A DNA stretch of 64,000 bases from Selaginella moellendorffii (taxonomy: Eukaryota > Plantae > Lycopodiophyta), in contig NW_003314285.1 of assembly GCF_000143415.4 (NCBI RefSeq), positions 461,370 to 525,369 of the forward strand, read 5' to 3'. This document shows positions 60,379-64,000 of the stretch, one piece after another. The notes beneath the pieces were generated by a model. The model did no database searches and was not told the origin of the DNA. It worked only from the letters and a program-made list of their open reading frames with translations. Numbering within the stretch: position 1 is the stretch's first letter; every line of letters starts with the position of its first letter. Position numbers and translations under genes: made by a program.

Positions 60379-61015
60379 CCCATTCTTCTCGCCCTAAAGT
60401 ATTTACTGCAAAGAGCCCCGCCATATTTTATCTTTGAATAAATTAACGGGGATAATTAATTTAATATATATAGAGAGAGAGAAAGAAATTAATAAAAACA
60501 ATAGGATATCTTTCTAATAATTAATAAATTTTATTCTTGCATTTTATATTATAAATTATATCGATCACCAAATATACCTTTATTATCCACTATGTTATTA
60601 AATAGATCTCTATTATTTGGATATTCTAGTTTTATGCTCATTTATTTGGAATATGAATGCACCATGCAAATGATAAATAATTTGGAATCCAAAGGAAAGT
60701 TTAATTAAGATATATAACGTCGATGACCTAAGCTGTGGGGAATCGAACTCCAGATAGACTTGCCGCCTTGAATTCAAACGGGAAGAACATCTAGACCGTT
60801 GGATTTAGGCGACAAACGATCTCCGCCGCTGGACTGTGGTTAATGCAACTGACGCTTGCGATAGATCAGGTTAAAATCTCTCTCTCTCTCTCTGGTTCTT
60901 TCATTTCGAATAGCGTCTCGGCTCTCCGCCTAGCTAGGGTAGCTGGTTCTCCAGATCTCGAGGAGCCGCCTCTGGATCTATCTATCGTCTTCGATCTTGG
61001 GGATTTTTGGGGAGA

Positions 61016-63435
61016 ATGGAGGTCCTGCCATTGCGAGAGATTTCCAAGCAAGACGAGGCTGGCTACAAGCGCTGGTTTGAGTATGTAGATGCCGGTAAGA
61101 TCTTGCTGTGACTCCTTTATGGCTTCGATATTACGGGATCGATCTCACAGATGGCGATGGAAGAATTACCGGAGCAGACGCTGTGAAGTTCTTCGCCATG
61201 TCCAAGTTGCCCAAATCAGACCTCAAGCAGGTTTGCTGAGCGTGATCTAGTCTTTCACCTTCGTTATTTTTTTCTGCTTCAGGTTTGGGCTATGGCAGAC
61301 TCAAACAGGCAGGGCTACCTTGGATTGAAAGAATTTATCACCGCAATGCAGGTAAATTATCTCAAGAATTCTCTATGGAACTTCTAGACTTTGTGTGAGC
61401 TTTTAGATAATTTCCGTCGCACAATCTGGCGTGGAGCTCACTGGAGATGTTTTGAAAAGAACAGGTAAACAAGCTGCTTTCATGCAAATGTCTTACAACT
61501 GTTTTGCAGACTGGGAAAACATTGGCATGCCAAGCATGGAGCTTGTGGAAGATCATATAAGAGTACGTTTGCCAGTGGCTCAGAATTCACAAGATCAACT
61601 ATGTGTTCTGCGTTCTCTTTTTCAGGAAGGACGAAAGTTAACTCCCGAAGTTGAGGTTCAAGGTAAATTGTTGAGAACTTGGTCCTCTAATTTTTTTCTC
61701 ATATTTTTGTCTTTCCAGAAGTTGAACCAAAGCCTTCATTTACAAACTGGCTCTTTCAGAAAACGCCGCAGAAGGTTAAACATTGTTTTCTATACACCGG
61801 GCTCAGATTTTTATTTTTGCAGGTCTCGCAAGATACAGCGACGTCGATAATCGATGGACTGAAAAAGCTGTACTTCGAAAAACTGAAGCCTCTCGAAATG
61901 GCATATCAATTCAATGACTTCGTTCTCCCTGCACTGGTAAGTTGTTGCCGGTGGCACTGCATGACTGACGCTGTGATTTATGCAGACCGAGAGCGACTTC
62001 GATGCGAAGCCTATGGTGATGCTGTTGGGCCAGTACTCCACGGGAAAGACCACGTTCTTAAAGCATCTTCTGAAAGTCGATTATCCAGGTTTGCTGATGC
62101 ACCGTTTGTAAAGCTCGACTGACATTTTTCCAGGCTGCCACGTTGGTCCGGAACCAACAACTGATCGTTTCATCGTGGTCATGGTAATAGCTCAGCTCCT
62201 CTATTTACAAGCGTTATGTTTATGGACATGACTCGCAGGGAGGGCCCGACGAGCGAACCATTCCTGGAAATACTGCTGTTGTCCAGTCAGAAATGCCATT
62301 TACTGGACTTTCGAAGTTTGGAGCTGCGTTTCTGACGAAGTTTGAATGCTCTCTGTTGTCGCACCCGGTAAGTAAATTTTGATTTACGAGTCTGTCTTTA
62401 CTGATATAAGCTCATTGTATAGCTCCTGGAACACATCACATTTGTAGACACTCCTGGTGTCTTGTCTGGAGAGAAGCAGAGGACTCAGCGGAGCTATGAC
62501 TTCACCGGTGTAACCGAATGGTTCGCTGCGAAGTGTGATCTCATACTCCTCTTGTTTGATCCCCATAAGCTCGACATAAGTGACGAATTCAAGCGTGTTA
62601 TTGGTTCGCTTCACGGCCATGACGATAAGATAAAAGTGGTCCTTAACAAAGCTGATCAGGTCGACACGCAGCAGGTAACTCGAAGGTTCTGTGTTGTTTT
62701 ATCGTCTCACTAACTTTTTGACAGCTTATGAGAGTGTATGGCGCGCTCATGTGGTCTCTGGGAAAGGTCCTGAACACACCAGAAGTAATGCGCGTCTACA
62801 TTGGGTATGCAACTGTTTATAATCTCAATGACAGTCATGATGTTTTTGCATTTTGCAGTTCATTCAACGATAAGCCTCTGAATGACAAGCTTGGTCCGAT
62901 TGGAAAGGAGCTGTTCGAGAAGGAACAGAGTGACATTCTGATCGATCTGATGGACATTCCTCGCAAGGCCTGCGATCGGAAGGTGACATGTCTGTTTGCC
63001 GGTTTGAGCCAGTACTCACTAGCCGGGAATGTTTTCTTTCAGGTGAACGAGTTTGTAAAGCGGGCTCGCGCCGCTAAGATCCATGCACACATCATTGCTC
63101 ATTTGAAGAAGGAAATGCCAGCAATGGTGGGAAAGAACAAAGCTCAGCAACGTCTAATGGTTAACCTTGAAGACGAGTTTGCGAAGGTAAGCGTCGTTTT
63201 CTTTTCTACCTAGCTCTAAGAGTCGAGTTTGCTTGCGCAGGTTCAACGTGAGCTGCACTTGCCAGCCGGGGACATGCCAAATCCTGACAAGTTCCGAGAG
63301 ATACTTGCCCGGTACAACATCGACAAGTTCGAAAAGTACAAGCCCAAGCTCATACAAGCCGTGGAGACAATGCTGGCTCAAGACATACCAGACCTCCTCA
63401 ACAAGTTCCACAACCCATACGATTTCTCCAGGTGA
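61016..63435 (+). CDS. EHD: EH-domain-containing dynamin-like protein (EHD1/2), many short exons
   Basis: EH domain (DGDGRITG.DAVKFF..S.L...DLKQVW), P-loop GQYSTGKT, GPEPTTDRF, DTPGVLSGEKQ, NKADQVD, VNEFVKRAR. Confidence 0.93.
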
Positions 63436-63817
63436 ACGATGAGTCTTTTCATTTCACTCCTCTCTCGAGTCAACTTGTTTGTTGGCTGCATGTACTTTAC
63501 CGAGGCGTAATAAAGAACTTTGAGTTCCATGCCGGCGTCCATGTCAGCAATGGGACACGACGTTTCAATGCTGGATTTTGGATTGTCGTGATCCAAAAGT
63601 TTAGGGCTCGTGGCGGGAGCGGGGCTGTAATCGACGGAGTCGCGCGCTGGTCAGTAGAGTTTGCAACGTTTTTTTCTTCGAAGCTGAGACAACCGTGATA
63701 ATGCCAACGGCTTTTGGCTCATGGAGTTCCAATTACAGGGAAGTTCGTCTGGCCAGCTAGAAACAAGGTTTTGGGGGACGCCAGGACAGGATTTAGTAGC
63801 TCAGAGTCAGCTCGGAA

Positions 63818-64000
63818 ATGTGGAGGCCAGCAGTGTGGACAGTGTTTTTGGTGGGCTTAGCGGGGGTCTATTACACAGGTGCTGTTCCAGATGCTTTGAG
63901 TCTCAACGATGCGTATTCGCTCATGGGGTTCAAGTCACAGATATGGAACGATCCATACGCTTCGCTGAGCAACTGGAAAGTGGATCCGGCCGTGGGACAC
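63818..64000 (+). CDS. 5' end of an LRR receptor-like kinase/protein (runs off the window)
   Basis: MWRPAVWTVFLVGLAGVYYTG signal, then DAYSLMGFKSQIWNDPYASLSNW (LRRNT cap); open to the window end. Confidence 0.75.
   Translation, partial: MWRPAVWTVFLVGLAGVYYTGAVPDALSLNDAYSLMGFKSQIWNDPYASLSNWKVDPAVGH

Noticed and set aside
60728-60760. GGGGAATCGAACTCC, a reverse-strand B-box/T-arm-like motif
   Set aside because: No A box, anticodon arm or acceptor stem can be built, so it is not called a tRNA or SINE.

Overview
Eukaryotic land-plant nuclear DNA with very short introns (mostly 50-110 bp), very high gene density and PPR genes rich in short motifs. This pattern suggests a lycophyte such as Selaginella (inference). 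1-9 kb is accessory: an AT-rich decayed bulb-lectin gene, a full-length but decayed Ty3/Gypsy LTR retrotransposon (175-bp LTRs, 4-bp TSD, and a GGGAAAC + pseudoknot -1 frameshift signal), and an unexplained ~750-bp tandem duplication. 9.8-35.3 kb is a dense gene block: alpha/beta hydrolase, SAUR, full-size ABCA, RING E3, GT47, OAS-TL, a 75-aa spliced membrane microprotein absent from the ORF track, Ub-RPL40, two TM + kinase-N-lobe-only microproteins, CBSX, YbaK/ProX, a MiAMP1-like peptide, IGPS, a Zn-knuckle protein, a SAM-like protein and two LTP-like peptides. 35.3-52 kb is a rearrangement hotspot: four germin copies in two inverted pairs, one intact and three decayed tRNA-Asp copies tied to PPR sequence, a segmental duplicate of the IGPS/Zn-knuckle/SAM block, a heavily eroded Gypsy relic and a fold-back element. 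52-64 kb holds VMA12/TMEM199, a plastid membrane protein, a plastid DnaJ, a degenerate ~45-bp repeat array, a TMEM65-like gene, a DYW-PPR, an EHD gene and the start of an LRR receptor gene. All gene models and alignments were made by eye; exon boundaries are approximate unless stated.
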